The notes below the pieces were generated by a model. It saw only the letters and a program-made list of their open reading frames with translations. It did no database searches and had not been told where the DNA came from. The position numbers and the translations under genes are program-made. 64,000 nucleotides of DNA from Felis catus (taxonomy: Eukaryota), in assembly GCF_018350175.1 (NCBI RefSeq), contig NC_058369.1:1924001-1988000 (forward strand), given 5' to 3'. Below, piece after piece: positions 52,191-64,000 of this stretch. Each line of letters begins with the position of its first letter. Within the stretch, counting starts at the first letter, position 1.

Positions 52191-55005
52191 AGTGTTCTCA
52201 AAAGTGCAGTTTGGAACCACATGTTACCCAGAAATGCAGCCTGTAAGGTTGTGAATGGAGAGACCATGAATTTGGGTAATAGGACGGCATCAGTTAATAG
52301 TTCGGATGAAGAAAGACTTTTGTGAATTTAGAGCCTTCTAACACGTGAGAAAAGGCAAGTGACCGGTTCATTTGTCTCGGGATCCTGATGAGCCCTTTCC
52401 TGAAAGGCCAGAACCCCACGAAGAGAGTTCCATGAAGCAGAGAAGAAGCAACAGTGAGAAAAAGGGCCCCAAGCCAAGGCCGGACGTCTCGGGAAGGCTG
52501 TGGCACAGATGTCGTCTGCTGCTGTTCGGGAAACCTTTCCCGTCACGTCACCATGTGGTGTGCAGGGCAGTCAGGGTTTGCTGTGTGTCTACACGTGCCA
52601 CATGCATCCAGGGTCTGTGCCCTGGAGTGCGGTGACACAGGGGCTGGCGGGCAGATGCTGACGGGGGGCCTTTCCAGGGAGGCCGGAGAGAACCAGGAGG
52701 GGTCTTGTCAGTAGACGAAATCTCCGGAGTTGGAAGGTGGGAGGCCTCAGGGTCTTCCTCCCCCGGGAGGGCACTGTGAACGTGGCTCTCCCACGGCATG
52801 GTTATTTTGATAAGAAGCTATTAATTTTTTCCAATACTAACGTATACACCTTTTTGTCACCGAGAGTCAAAGGAGCGAGGGCCAGTGCCTTGGCCGTGCT
52901 GTGATTTCTCAGGGTGGGAGTCGGGGGGGGGGGGGCTCTGGAGGGGGGTGTGAGATGGAAAAGGACCAACCCCAGTGCTTTTGGACACGGTGTTTGGGAC
53001 ACAGGGTGTCCCTTGAGTAGCAGTAGTGCCTTCAGTGAGCCCACCTGAGCCCGAGGATCCTAGGTGTTACACAGAGTGAAGGTGTAAGACGGGCCGAACA
53101 GAACAGCACCTGGCTGGTAAACTGGGCTCCCGGATCCCTGTGAAGTTTGCGAGGTGTTCCCCAGGTGGGGACGCCCTTTTCTCACAGCACTGCAGCCACA
53201 GGACAGGCCCTGGGCTGTCGACAAGAGAAGGCTTCCGCCAGTGAGATAACCTATGAACCGTGACTAACACATACTCCTATTCAGAGAGAGGGGGCTGCGT
53301 GAAATCCATTCATGCAAACGGGTTTCCCTGGGTTGTAACCGGACAGGTGGGACCAGCGAGGTTGTCACATTTTTTTGTGGCTTCAGTCTTTCTCCACGAG
53401 TACTTCTCGAACACTCTCCTGTTATTGGAGGCCGCTGCTCTACTGTGTGTTCAGTGGTGAGTAGTGAATATTGTAGAATCGCTCCTAGGGCCAGACTGTT
53501 CTTTGGCCCAAACCAGAGTTCTCCCTTTTTTCGAAGTAACAGTTAGACTTCTAATAAAGTGTTTCCATTTCTGGGGCGCATTTTGGGGACACCTCTGGTC
53601 AGTTTTGCGAAATTATTTTTTAGGAGAACATCCCTTTGAAGTAGAACAGAAGTTTGCCTATTGGTTTCCTTGAGCTGGCTTCCATTTTTTGCGTTGAAGA
53701 CATGTCAGAGATCAAGAGGGAACTTGGGGCAGAGCCCCTGTGGTCCTTAGGGCCCAGATGTTGGCAATGAGGAGGGGTTGGGAAGGGCTGGGAGGAGGGC
53801 TCCCGCACCTGGAGCATTCAGGCTGCTGATAACCTTCTCTCACATGTCCCGCCTGGTTTGCAATCGTAGCGCGAACTGTAGGTGTTTGGTTTTTAGGAGG
53901 CTTCAGCTGCCGTAGGTGAGAATTAAGAGTTTTGGCTGTCTTTCCTCCATGTGGGGTGTGAGTCCGCTTGTTTGCCAAAATAACTAAAATGCAGTGGACG
54001 TGGAGTCCCATTCCATCTTGGGCCTTTTAAGTAAAAAGCAGGATCCCAGTTCAGCCCATTAAATGCTGCCTGGGTAGATTTCACATGTGAAGAAAGCCCT
54101 GAAGTTATGTTGAAGACAAGCTGGAGTCTGTTACAACAGCCGCGTACAGGTTCATCAGGCTCTTGTGTGGAAATCTAGATTTTGTTTTAATTCACAATCT
54201 TAGGAAAAGCTACTGTAATTGCTCGGTGGGGATTTCCAGTAAGTATCATAAGCATCTTTCCAGAAGTGGGCATCTGTGTCTCGCGGGTTAGTTTCATCCC
54301 ATGTGTGGCCTGGGCCTCAGCAACACGCATGTGGACTAATTGATCTAAATCTGGGACACCCTGTTGGTGTGTCCCAGTTGAATAGCTGTGTTATGTTCTT
54401 CAGCGAGCTTATGGGGGTTCTAGGCATTTCTGGAAACTTCTGCCTTAGTCCAGGGAACATGAGAAATGTGGGGTTTTAGATCTTGAGAAGCCTTCCCTTT
54501 AAAGAGGCCTGGTTAACAGGTTGAGGTAAGGAGGGATCAAGGGCAGGTTCAGAAGAAAAGGGAAGTTCAGAGCTTGTTGAGGAAAGTGGTTGGAGGCAGG
54601 TCCCGGGTGTAGAGTAGCCGCCAGATGTCTGCAGACAGGGAAGCCTGGGCGGGAGAAAAAGACACTTCGGAAGCCATTTGTCGTATTTCAGTTGTTTGCC
54701 TCCGTTCATTTGAAATAGTCTTTTGCAAAGAGGCACACTTAGATCCTGAAAATATTTGCAAGTCTTGAGGTATCGAATAAAATCTGTATCAAACTCAATG
54801 TTCTGAAGTCATGACTTCCTAATTTAATTTTCAATAAAACAAGTTTGGGGAGATCGAAAGTTCCCCATAAAGGCCATTGTAATTTTAAATTACATTTGGT
54901 TCAGTTGTTCATTTTTTAGAAATGCACATGAGGACGCACCATGGCTTTTTAAACGTAAGACCGGTCAGGGTCCCGGGTGGGAGCCCCCCCTCCCTGCGCT
55001 TTGAT

Positions 55006-55653
55006 TGTAATGCCCGAGGTTGCGACCCCCCACAAGAGACCACCAGAGTCATAAGCCAAAGCCAAGCGGCAAGGGTCGTTGATTGCAGGTTCGAACCTGG
55101 ACCTCCGCACACTCGTTGCCGGTGACGCTAAGAGGCCCCGAGTGAGGTTTTTACAGCCTTTTTATAGACAGGTACAAACAAGTTATGGGGAAGTTAGGGA
55201 TTCTTCGCGGTTACGCCAAGCAGTTGTACAGAAGCGGAACAAGCTGGTTAAGCAAGCGGATTGAAGCTAAGTTTGTTTTTCACAGACCAGGATGACTAGG
55301 CAAACAGTTTGCCCAGGTCTCCCGTTTCTCCCCTTTCTCAAGTACCTGAGGAACCAAGGGGAAGGGGGAAATATGTTAAGCAAGCAGGTTTACAGAAGCG
55401 AGGAATGCCGGTTAGTTCATGTACAGTCACTTATTCTATTACATACCAGACTACATTTAGGAAGTTTCACAACTTACTCTATTACATAGCGGGTTACATT
55501 CAGGAAAGGTTTCACAATGCTCGTAGCAAACGGCAAGCAAAACAGACTTCTCAGCAACTGTATTTCTTATCAAAGATCCATAATAAGCAGAAAAGAGAAC
55601 TTAGCTTTAAACTAAGGCAAGGCTGTCATTTGGATTTAAAGCTGTTCTTTTCA
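55006..55653 (-). mobile_element. Younger gammaretrovirus-like solo LTR (648 bp)
   Basis: Minus strand begins TGAAAAGAAC and ends CATTACA; 4-bp TSD TGAT at 55002-55005 and 55654-55657; TATAAAAAGG on the minus strand at ~55160; many CpGs retained. Confidence 0.9.
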
Positions 55654-56306
55654 TGATGTCTGGAATCCATTTCATGGTGGTTTTCTCTAGACCAGAATAA
55701 AATGTATAAACACTAGTCTCTACAGGAGTAGCCTCTTTACAGAAGAAACCAGACCAAGGGCTAGCACATTTCCAACAGGGACGGTTCTAAGAGGTACAGT
55801 CCAGTTCTGAAAAGTAGTCGGAACAAAAGCCAAATGAGCTCTCTCAGAAAGGACAAGCCCCTAAGACAGGTCCCCAATAAACCCCGGAGAGCACAGACAC
55901 AGGACAGCGCAGACCCGGGGAGCGGGGCTCTGATCCTGGCACAAAACTTACCCTGCACTTCAGGGTCCGCGAGAAAGCAGCGCAGTGGGCTCTGTGGGAC
56001 CTGCACCTGTTTGCTCGCCAGCCCGGAGTGGTTGGGGTCTTTTGTGGGTCCACCAGTGATCAAGTAACTGTTAACCTTAAAACCAGATATTTTTCCAGGA
56101 AAAAAATGGGTTTATCTGGGACTAGCAGAGAATTGTAATTTGGGACACATGCCACAGCAAAACCACAGGCAAATCTGGAGGGAAAAAGGGGAGGACTCTA
56201 GGGAGGGCTACTCTTTTCTAGAGGAGAGGGGGCATTGGGAGGGGCTGTGCAAACAAGAAGTCCGTTGGAGCAAACTGGGGGGCGGGGGTTCTACGTTCAG
56301 GGGCTT

Positions 56307-56495
56307 CTCACTGGCTGGGCTATGACCATCTCTCATTGGGTGATCCATGACTGCCTCTCATTGGCTGGGCTGCTACTATTCTGTATTGGCAGGGCTGTGG
56401 CCGTCTCTCATTGGTTGGGTTGTGGCTCTCACTGGCTGAGCCCTGGCTCTCTCTCATTGGCTGGGCTGTGACCGTCTCTCATTGGCTGGGCTGTT
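56307..56495 (-). repeat. Eight-unit 25-bp tandem CCAAT repeat in an LTR U3
   Basis: CTCATTGGCTGGGCT-type units at 56307, 56332, 56357, 56382, 56407, 56428, 56453, 56478. Confidence 0.9.
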
Positions 56496-57804
56496 GCCAC
56501 CCAGGAAATCATCTTCCTTCCTCCTGCATGAGCAGTGATGCATTACGGGTGTGCAGGTGCGTCTCTCCGTGTTGTGTCTGCCCTTGGCCCTGAGCGGCAG
56601 GTTCGGGAGCTTCCCCTGTGGACTCCTGACTCCACTTCAGTCGTGTCGCCTTTACTCATCCTGGAAGAGGTGCCCGGCTCCTGGGTGGTTTTCATCCCTG
56701 GCGATCGGGAGTCGCGCCGCGGAGAGCAGAGCGCGTGCGCACGCGTGTGTGTGATGGCGCTCGTCCTCCCGGGTCTGGGGCAGGTGGATACGAGGAGCGG
56801 ACCTGCCGTGCTGGGCGGGAACTCCACGTTGCTCATGCTGGGGGTCCACCAGACTCTTCCAAAGCGGCCGCCCCCGCTTACATCCGCAGCAGGATAAATG
56901 AAGGCGAATGCGCCCTGCTCACGGCCTCGCCGGCGCTTCCTGGGGCGTCTTTATAGCCAGTGTGGTGGGTGCGAAGGGGCCTCTGCTGGTGGTAGTTCGA
57001 GGTGCGTGTCCCTCGTGACGAATGTCTAGCATCTTTTCATCGACCCACTGGCCATTTGCATATGTTCTTTGGAGAAGTGTCTGGGTGCGCAAATGTTAGG
57101 TGTGGGCTTTTCCCCGCCGCCCCATTTCGGGATGAGGGAGTTCCTTTCTGTTCCTAGTTGGCTGAGTATTTTTGTCAAGAGAGGGTGGTGGGTTCAAGGA
57201 GATACCTTTTCTGTGTGTAAGTGATCATGGGGTTTTTGTTTCTCTTCTGTTCATGAAGTTTATGACTGCTATTTTCTTGCTGAACCAACCATTTTATTCC
57301 CAGATAAATCCCGCTTGGTCACGTTGTAGAATCCATTTTATATATGACTGGTTTTGGTATCACCATAAACTGGCCTCATAGAGTAGGTTGGAAGTGTCTG
57401 TGCACAATTAAATTTTGTGGATGGACCACAGATGATTGGTGACATTGAGCATCATTTCATGTGCTTTTTGGCCATTGTGTATCTTCCTGGGGAAATGTGT
57501 ACTCGCGTTCTTTGTCCGTTATTTAGTTGTATTATTTGTCTTTATACTTTTTTATTGTTGTTACATGAGTTTTTAAAAACCTGTTTAGATCACAAACCTC
57601 GTATCAGCTGTGTGACTAGCAAACCCATGTTGCAGCCCCAGACGAAGGGGTGTTGCCTTTGTTGTAACTGATGTAGCTGGGGTTCTGTGTCCTTAGATTT
57701 GGGGGACGTGTCTTTTGTTTAAACAACTTTTGATAATTTTATGATAATTGTTTGCTCTTTATGTCAATGATATGGTGGCTTCTTGTATTGCTCCAAAGAT
57801 ATTA

Positions 57805-58168
57805 CGTATGGGGGTTCTGATGTTTGGGGGACCCAGCAGTGTGGGTTGTGTAAGAATTCACCCAACGCAGCACAAAGGAGATAGAGGTTTATTGAATGCA
57901 CCATGAGGGAGCAGAGGGCCACCAGGAAGTGGTTTGGGGCTAGACTTATAGGGCAGAGTGAGGGAGTGTGGGAACATATGGAAATTCCCTTTTTTATGGT
58001 AACTGTGCCTGGTTATAAGTAGGCCATTGGATAGTTGGGGCCTGTGGCCATTTCGAGGTGGGTCACTTCATGAGCCTATTTTTTATGCATCTGTGTGTTC
58101 ACTGTGGGCCCTCTTGCCTAACTCAGTTTTCCATTGGTGAAGCCTGTTATCTAAATGTGGCCCTGACA
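57805..58168 (-). mobile_element. 3' LTR of the terminal ERV remnant
   Basis: Minus-strand PPT (plus TCCCCCT 58169-58175) directly before TGTCAGGGCC; minus-strand AATAAA at ~57890. Confidence 0.75.
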
Positions 58169-58479
58169 TCCCCCTGACAGGCGGACAATACAAATCTTTG
58201 GCATTAGGGCAGGGGTGTCACCTTCAGTAGCTTCTTCCTGCTGAATGAGGGCATAGAGATGTCCCTGGTGGGTCAACGTTCAGCAGGAAGAGAAGCTGAA
58301 ATAAAAGACCTTTAATAGTTGACCAAAATCTTCCTCCAGTCCAGGAGTTTAACCAGTTATTAAAGGAGAGGGAGGGATCCTTTCAAGCACCAACATGAGT
58401 ACCCATATCTTTTAGCAATCCTGTTACATTATTGTAATCTGGAGCATATATTTAACACTCTTTTAAAACGATTTTTTTG

Positions 58480-58815
58480 GGCGGGTTGGGCTGCCTGGGT
58501 GGCTCAGTCTGTTAAGCATCCGATTTGGCTCAGATCATAATCTCACAGTTCGTGGGTTTGAACCCCACATCAGGCTCTGTGCTGACAGCTCAGAGCCTGG
58601 AGCCTGCTTTGGATTCTGTGTCTCCCTCTCTGCCCCTCCCCTGCTTATTTCTTTTTGAGAGAGAGAGTGCACGCGGCAGTAGAAGGGCAAGGAGGGTGGA
58701 AGACGGGATCCAAAGTGAGCTCTGCGCTGACAGCAGAGATCCCGATGTGGGGCCCAGGAGATGTGACCTGAGCAGAAGTCAGACTCTTAACCAACTGAGC
58801 CGCTCAGCCGCCCCA
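58480..58815. mobile_element. Fused inverted CAN-SINE pair
   Basis: Plus copy lacking its tail joined directly to a minus copy at ~58645. Confidence 0.82.
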
Positions 58816-59074
58816 ACACTGTTTTAATGAAAGTATACGTTACTCCTTGAGCTGCAGCAGGATTTTCAGGGCTGTTTGGTTTTGCAGGACCACCTCAGTT
58901 TCTGGGTGACCGTGTGTTGGGGTTGGTTAAAGGTGATGTCTGTGTGCTTGGTTAAAGCATCTACTTACAATTTTACATTGATAGAGGCAACTCCTGTGAC
59001 AGAATGTCTAAGGGGTAAAACCATCAAGAAGGCTTCTTTGCCTGATGTCCAGCCTTAATGACATTCTTTTTAAA

Positions 59075-59096
59075 CAATTTTTTTTTACTGTTTATT

Positions 59097-59152
<56 letters not shown>

Positions 59153-59320
59153 TGAGCAGGGGAGGGGCAGAGAGAGAGAGGGAGACACAGAATCCGAAGC
59201 AGGCTCCAGGCTCTGAGCTGTCAGCACAGAGCTTGACGTGGGGCTTGAACACACGAACCGTGAGATCAGGACCTGAGTTGAGGTCAGATGCTTAACCGAC
59301 TGAGCCACCCACGTGCCCCT
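59075..59320 (-). mobile_element. CAN-SINE with (AG)n
   Basis: TSD AGCCTTAATGA. Confidence 0.92.
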
Positions 59321-60006
59321 AGCCTTAATGATATTCTAATGATGAGGAATTGCTGGCAAGTGGGAGGTGACTTGTCCTGGTAGATAAGGGCATCCCTAAG
59401 TGCATCATCCAGTCATATCATAAGGAAAGAATGGCTACCCATTATTTCCAGAAGTCTACGGCCAATCCCATGGAGAAGGGGAAATTCGGGATTTTGTGGA
59501 GTGATTTTTGGCCTCCCAGCCACACAGAATTGGTCAAGGTGATAGTTGAGTTATGAAAATGTTGGAGAGTTCCTCCCATGTTTTTGGCTGTTCGGATGAT
59601 CGTATGTCCATGAGGTCTTGTTATCATCCTCACAGTAACAAGCATGATGATTCTTTATACATGAGCTTTTGCCAGTTTCTCTGAACCTCACCTCAAGTTG
59701 TCCAGCGTCAGTTTTCAAGACTTTAGGAAAAAGGGTGGTTGTGGTTTTTAATGACTTAAGTCAAGAGGATGGAAGGCTGGAAACCTTAGTTTGGAGAACT
59801 CTAGCTAAATATTTGATGAAACCAGAAAAATTCAGGACCTAGTCTGGTTTATAAGAAATAGTATTAAAATCTAATATGTACAAAGATGTGTTATTGAAAC
59901 ATTATTTTTTATTCTCTCTGAAATCACCCTTAAAACCAGAGATAGTCAAATCAAGACTAACAAACATGGCCTAATTATTCACAGAAGCTCAGGAAGAATG
60001 TGTTGG

Positions 60007-60230
60007 TGGGGCGCCTGGGTGGCTCAGTCGGTTAAGCATTCGACTTTGGCTCAGGTCATGATCTCACAGTTTGTGGGTTTGAACCCTGCGTTGGGCTCTG
60101 GGCTGACACCTCAGAGCCTGGATCCTGTTTCGGATTCTGTGTCTTCCTCTCTCTCTGCCTCTCCCCTGCTTGTGTTTTGTCTCTCTTGCTCTCAAAAATA
60201 AATAAAATATAAAAAAATAATAATAATGAC
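60007..60230 (+). mobile_element. CAN-SINE
   Basis: Head, CT tract, A tail. Confidence 0.9.
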
Positions 60231-61474
60231 AAAAAGAATAGTGATTGGTCATAGGAGTTTTTTTTAACGACTTGCTTTGCTTGAAATGTTTATAAATAAT
60301 CTCTAGATTGAATTTTTAATAACCTCTCAAGGCCAGAAGCCAAGTCAAATACTTGCTGTCAGACTTGTCTACAATCCCTGTAGATTCAGGTGAATACCTA
60401 CCTATTCTTGAGGCCCTGAATAAATCCTGAGGTTACCTGCACCTGCCAGGAATTGACTTTGTCTACTCACCTGGTAAGGCTGCTGGGAACTCTGGCAGCA
60501 AGGGATCAGGCCAGCATTTCTAAGGGGCTTGATTGGCTGCATAAAGTCAACCTTATTTCTTTAAAGCTGCCTGGTAGTATCTGTTGTCTTACCATGTCTC
60601 TCTGAAATATGACATTTCAGTCGAAGCATCGGTAGGATAACCAACGTTTCCTATGGTGTCCTGTTACAAGAAGCAGAGAGGCTCATTGAACTTACACAAA
60701 TGCTTATCCTTGACAGGAAAAGAAAGAATACTCACTGAGAGTTTCGGAATTCTGTGGCATTTAGGTAGGGAAAAAAGGGAAATGTTTCCATTTGTTCACA
60801 AAGGAATACTTCATCATGTTTCTGTAAGTCCTAGGTATTTCAAGAGAAAACTTCCTCAATTTGTTAGAGCAAACACTATAGAACCAGCAGTATTTCAAAT
60901 AAGAGTTACAAAAACTATAAGCATCTTTAATTCATTTAGTCCTATGTTAATTAATTCCTGTTTGTTTGAATGCAACTTTCCCATTAGTTCTGGAAATTCT
61001 TACCCAGTTCAGTTTTATGATTTAAAGATATCAAATACCTGTATTTACAAAAAAAAAAATCCTTTTCATGAATCTCCTTGAAGACAAAACTCATTTGGCA
61101 AGAGCATCAGAACAATAAATATAAATGACAAAAAAACAAAACAACATAGAAATGGCCATGACTCATGATCTGATATGTGACTTCAGTGTAATATAGCTGA
61201 CAAGGACATCTGCTCGTTTCTTTGACACCTAGTATTTTATTAATTAGAATGTCAAGTGATGATGTTATATGAGAACATATTTAAACTTTATGGATTTTAT
61301 GTAATTTCAAAACAGCTGTAGTATACACTCAAGTGATACAATCTAAGGTTTATTACTATTTGTTTGACCCTGCTTTCCAAGTAACTTAACATACCAAATA
61401 TGCAAGCCTAATTAGTCAAAAAAGACTTCGTTTACAATTTCCAAACTTGGGAAAGTGTGTTGGAATCCTCAGAA

Positions 61475-61703
61475 ATTTTTATTTTTATTTATTTTAAATG
61501 TTTATTTACTTTTGATACAGAGACAGACAGATCATTACTGGGGGAAGGGCAGAGAGAGAGACACACACACACACAATCTGAAACAGGCTCCATGCTCCAA
61601 GCCATCAGCACAGAGCCCGATGTGGGGCTCGAACTCACAAATCGTAAGATCATGACCTGAGCCGAAGTTGGATGCTTAACTGACTGAGCTACTCAGGCAC
61701 CCC
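61475..61703 (-). mobile_element. CAN-SINE
   Basis: TSD CTCAGAAATTTTTA. Confidence 0.9.
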
Positions 61704-61970
61704 TTGAACTCTCAGAAATTTTTAAAGCACATGTCTAAATAGAATTACAGATCTTACACATTTTGAGAAGTCTTAACTTTAAGTAGTCAAAGACCTGGTG
61801 AAAGCAAAACATAGAAACTTTGGTTTTGGGGGCAGATAAGGAAAGGAAGAAGACTTTTGTTTACATCGTCTTGATCAAGACCAGACCAACAATCCAAGAA
61901 AGCTTTGTCCCAGCGAGAAAAGTGCATGTTTACTATTGAAGCAGTATCCTTTTAAAATCAATTTATTTCA

Positions 61971-62190
61971 GGGGCGCCTGGGTGGCGCAGTCGGTTAAGT
62001 GTCCGACTTCAGCCAGGTCACGATCTCGTGGTTCGGGAGTTCGAGCCCCGCGTCAGGCTCTGGGCTGATGGCTCAGAGCCTGGAGCCTGTTTCCGATTCT
62101 GTGTCTCCCTCTATCTCTGCCCCTCCCCCGTTCATGCTCTGTCTCTCTCTGTCCCAAAAATAAATAAACGTTGAAAAAGAAATTTAATAA
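61971..62190 (+). mobile_element. Young SINEC_Fc-type SINE
   Basis: TSD AAAATCAATTTATTTCA. Confidence 0.93.
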
Positions 62191-63006
62191 AATCAATTTA
62201 TTTCAATATTAGTTCATCCTAAGCACACACACATAAAATGACTTTCTAAAGCTGTCCCTTCACAGACTTGTCTGCAACATTCTTTTGCACTCAGAGTTTG
62301 TCCTGAGATTTTTTTCTCTAAATAACCAGTCTCATTTTAGGAGAAAATTACTTTCTTTCACCTTAACAAAATGTATTCCCATCCCTCATATCTCCTACTC
62401 TCTTAGATACAGACTTGCTTTCCCCATTCCGGTCAGTCTCCGTTACATTTAGAAGAATTGTACCTCTTAGAAACCTTAGTCTCCAGTGAAAACCAATTGA
62501 GAACTGTCTATACACCAGGATTCTTTAGATGACAAATTTATGGACGCATTTCATAGTTTTTAGGAACATGCCTTTTTCATAGCACAGTCTTTAAATGAGT
62601 CACAATGTATGTTTTCCAACAGATGCAGGTATCTTTAGTTTCTCTGCAATAAGAAGCCAAAAGCAGATGAAACTTATTTTTGCTAATTAACATGTTAGTA
62701 TTTTATCTTATTGAGAAAAGACTTAGATGCCCAGTGAATTAAACCGAATTTATCATTGAACTTAGCAAAATTTCAAAGTTTCAGGTTATGAAAGATTTTG
62801 AAAGCTATCTTAAAAATTACCCATGAGAACTTTCTGAGACAAAGTTAACCATGATTTTAACTCATCATTTATTTACAAACTGCAACAGAGCTTATTTGAC
62901 CTTTAGTATAAAAGTTTTATATGTAATAAATATGTATGGATAACTCTAAAATCATGTCTTTTCGTTACATCAGCAACCTTAAATTAGCTTTAATATCAAA
63001 TGTATT

Positions 63007-63230
63007 CTGGGGCAGCTGGGTGGCTTAGTAGGTTAAGTGTCTGACTTTGGCTCAGGTCATGATCTTATGGTTCATGACTTCGAGCCCTGCCGTCGGGCTC
63101 TGTGCTGACAGCTCAGAGCCTGGAGCCTGCTTTGGATTCTGTGTCTCCCTCTCTCTTTGCCCCTCTCCTGCTCATGCTCTGTATCTCTCTCTCTCTCAAA
63201 AATAAACAAACATTAAAAATTTAAAAAAAA
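63007..63230 (+). mobile_element. CAN-SINE
   Basis: Head, CT tract, A tail; ATCAAAT repeated at the flanks. Confidence 0.9.
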
Positions 63231-64000
63231 TCAAATACGTTGCATCTGCGTCCACTAGGAGTCAATTTGTTGCCCACTGTTTGTTTGTTTTTTTTTTTAA
63301 CCTGGGATACCTATGGGAAAAATCTAAAGTTGGCCATTAAGTCCAGTAGAGCCCCTGTTCCTGTAGAGGCAGGGGAAAGCCAATGGGTGGAATAAAAGAG
63401 AGGTCATCTAGAATGTCTGAAGGGTCAGATGGACCATGTGTCTGAGGAAGACACATTCTGCAGTTTTTGTAGAGGTTGGGATTTGGGGACAGTGCCATGA
63501 ATATGAAGGCTTGCATGTATGGGACCTGTGAGCATTTGGAGGAGTTCTGGCAAAAGACTTCAAGTTGTGTATGGGGCCATATGTCTTGATCTGGGAGTTT
63601 GTATGAGGCCAGGACACATGACATGAAAGATGAGATGATTTTTCTCAGGTCTTGGGGTTCGTGTTTTATCCACTTTTTAAAAATACAGCCCAAAGGCGAG
63701 TATAGGAATAGAGGACTTCGTCCCATACTGGGAAAGATCTGCTGCTGATTCCCAAAGGGTTGTCCCACCAAGGGGAATGAGGCTGTGACTTGTGGTTGAG
63801 ATTTCAGTCAGGGTGTGCACTGTCCTGAAGAAGGACTGGGCCTTATGTCCTTACGTGGGGCACCTGACTTTACTGGGGGCATGCGATCAAGGAGAGTGTC
63901 ACAACAAATAGCAATAGAAATCTGTGCTGGGGTGTACCCTGCTCTAGGGAGAGACACACACCCGGTGGCCAACCTGGGTCAAAAAAAAAAGGGGAGGACT

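Larger units (their letters stand above)
50940..56640 (-). mobile_element. Decayed ERV1 provirus: 5' LTR ~56057-56640, PBS-like site, gag remnants, possible degenerate 3' LTR ~50940-51345
   Basis: Minus-strand TGGTGGACCC next to the LTR end at 56055; gag MA-like LPPGTLTGLTFK...LKLQWPLWGTFDLPKLVLLK (~54780-55000); CA-like HRAITVAFPKIVN*NKI*ISTQEPDEPV (~54090-54235). Extent of the 3' part is uncertain. Confidence 0.7.
58169..64000 (-). mobile_element. Decayed ERV1 internal region with a gag remnant; runs off the window
   Basis: ORF 63337..63771(-) SPLGCIFKKW...QLEVFCQNSSKCSQVPYMQAF resembles ERV1 Gag matrix; long homology to 36853-41215 and 33183-34100. Confidence 0.8.

Noticed and set aside
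63337..63771. Possible domesticated gag gene
   Set aside because: The frame is short and degenerate, with internal deletions, inside a decayed ERV.

Overview
Mammalian genomic DNA, not prokaryotic. About 45 carnivore tRNA-derived CAN-SINEs, including young SINEC_Fc-type copies, point to a felid (cat-like) genome. The window covers part of a KRAB zinc-finger cluster. It holds coding exons 2-4 of a ZNF556 orthologue (+ strand, 8852-11267; the ATG-bearing exon 1 is not seen and is presumably upstream). It also holds two CpG-island promoters with no recognisable coding exons behind them (~16 kb, ~25.7 kb) and the CCAAT-rich promoter plus ATG-only first exon of a probable second ZNF gene (ATG 46743-46745). 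The rest is mostly nested transposons: LINE-1 copies (one with a twin-priming 5' inversion), several solo ERV LTRs with intact target-site duplications, and four decayed ERV1 proviral remnants with gag, integrase or env traces. The most unusual item is a 239-bp element at 29830-30068. It has perfect 8-bp terminal inverted repeats and a 6-bp target-site duplication, like a class II solo LTR, yet most of its body is a gapless relic of a betaretrovirus-type reverse-transcriptase coding region. Also notable: a single TAA cuts ZNF556 off from an in-frame, intact ninth zinc finger. Repeat-family names and the gene name come from recalled similarity, not from database searches. Most short ORFs in the supplied track are repeat artefacts.
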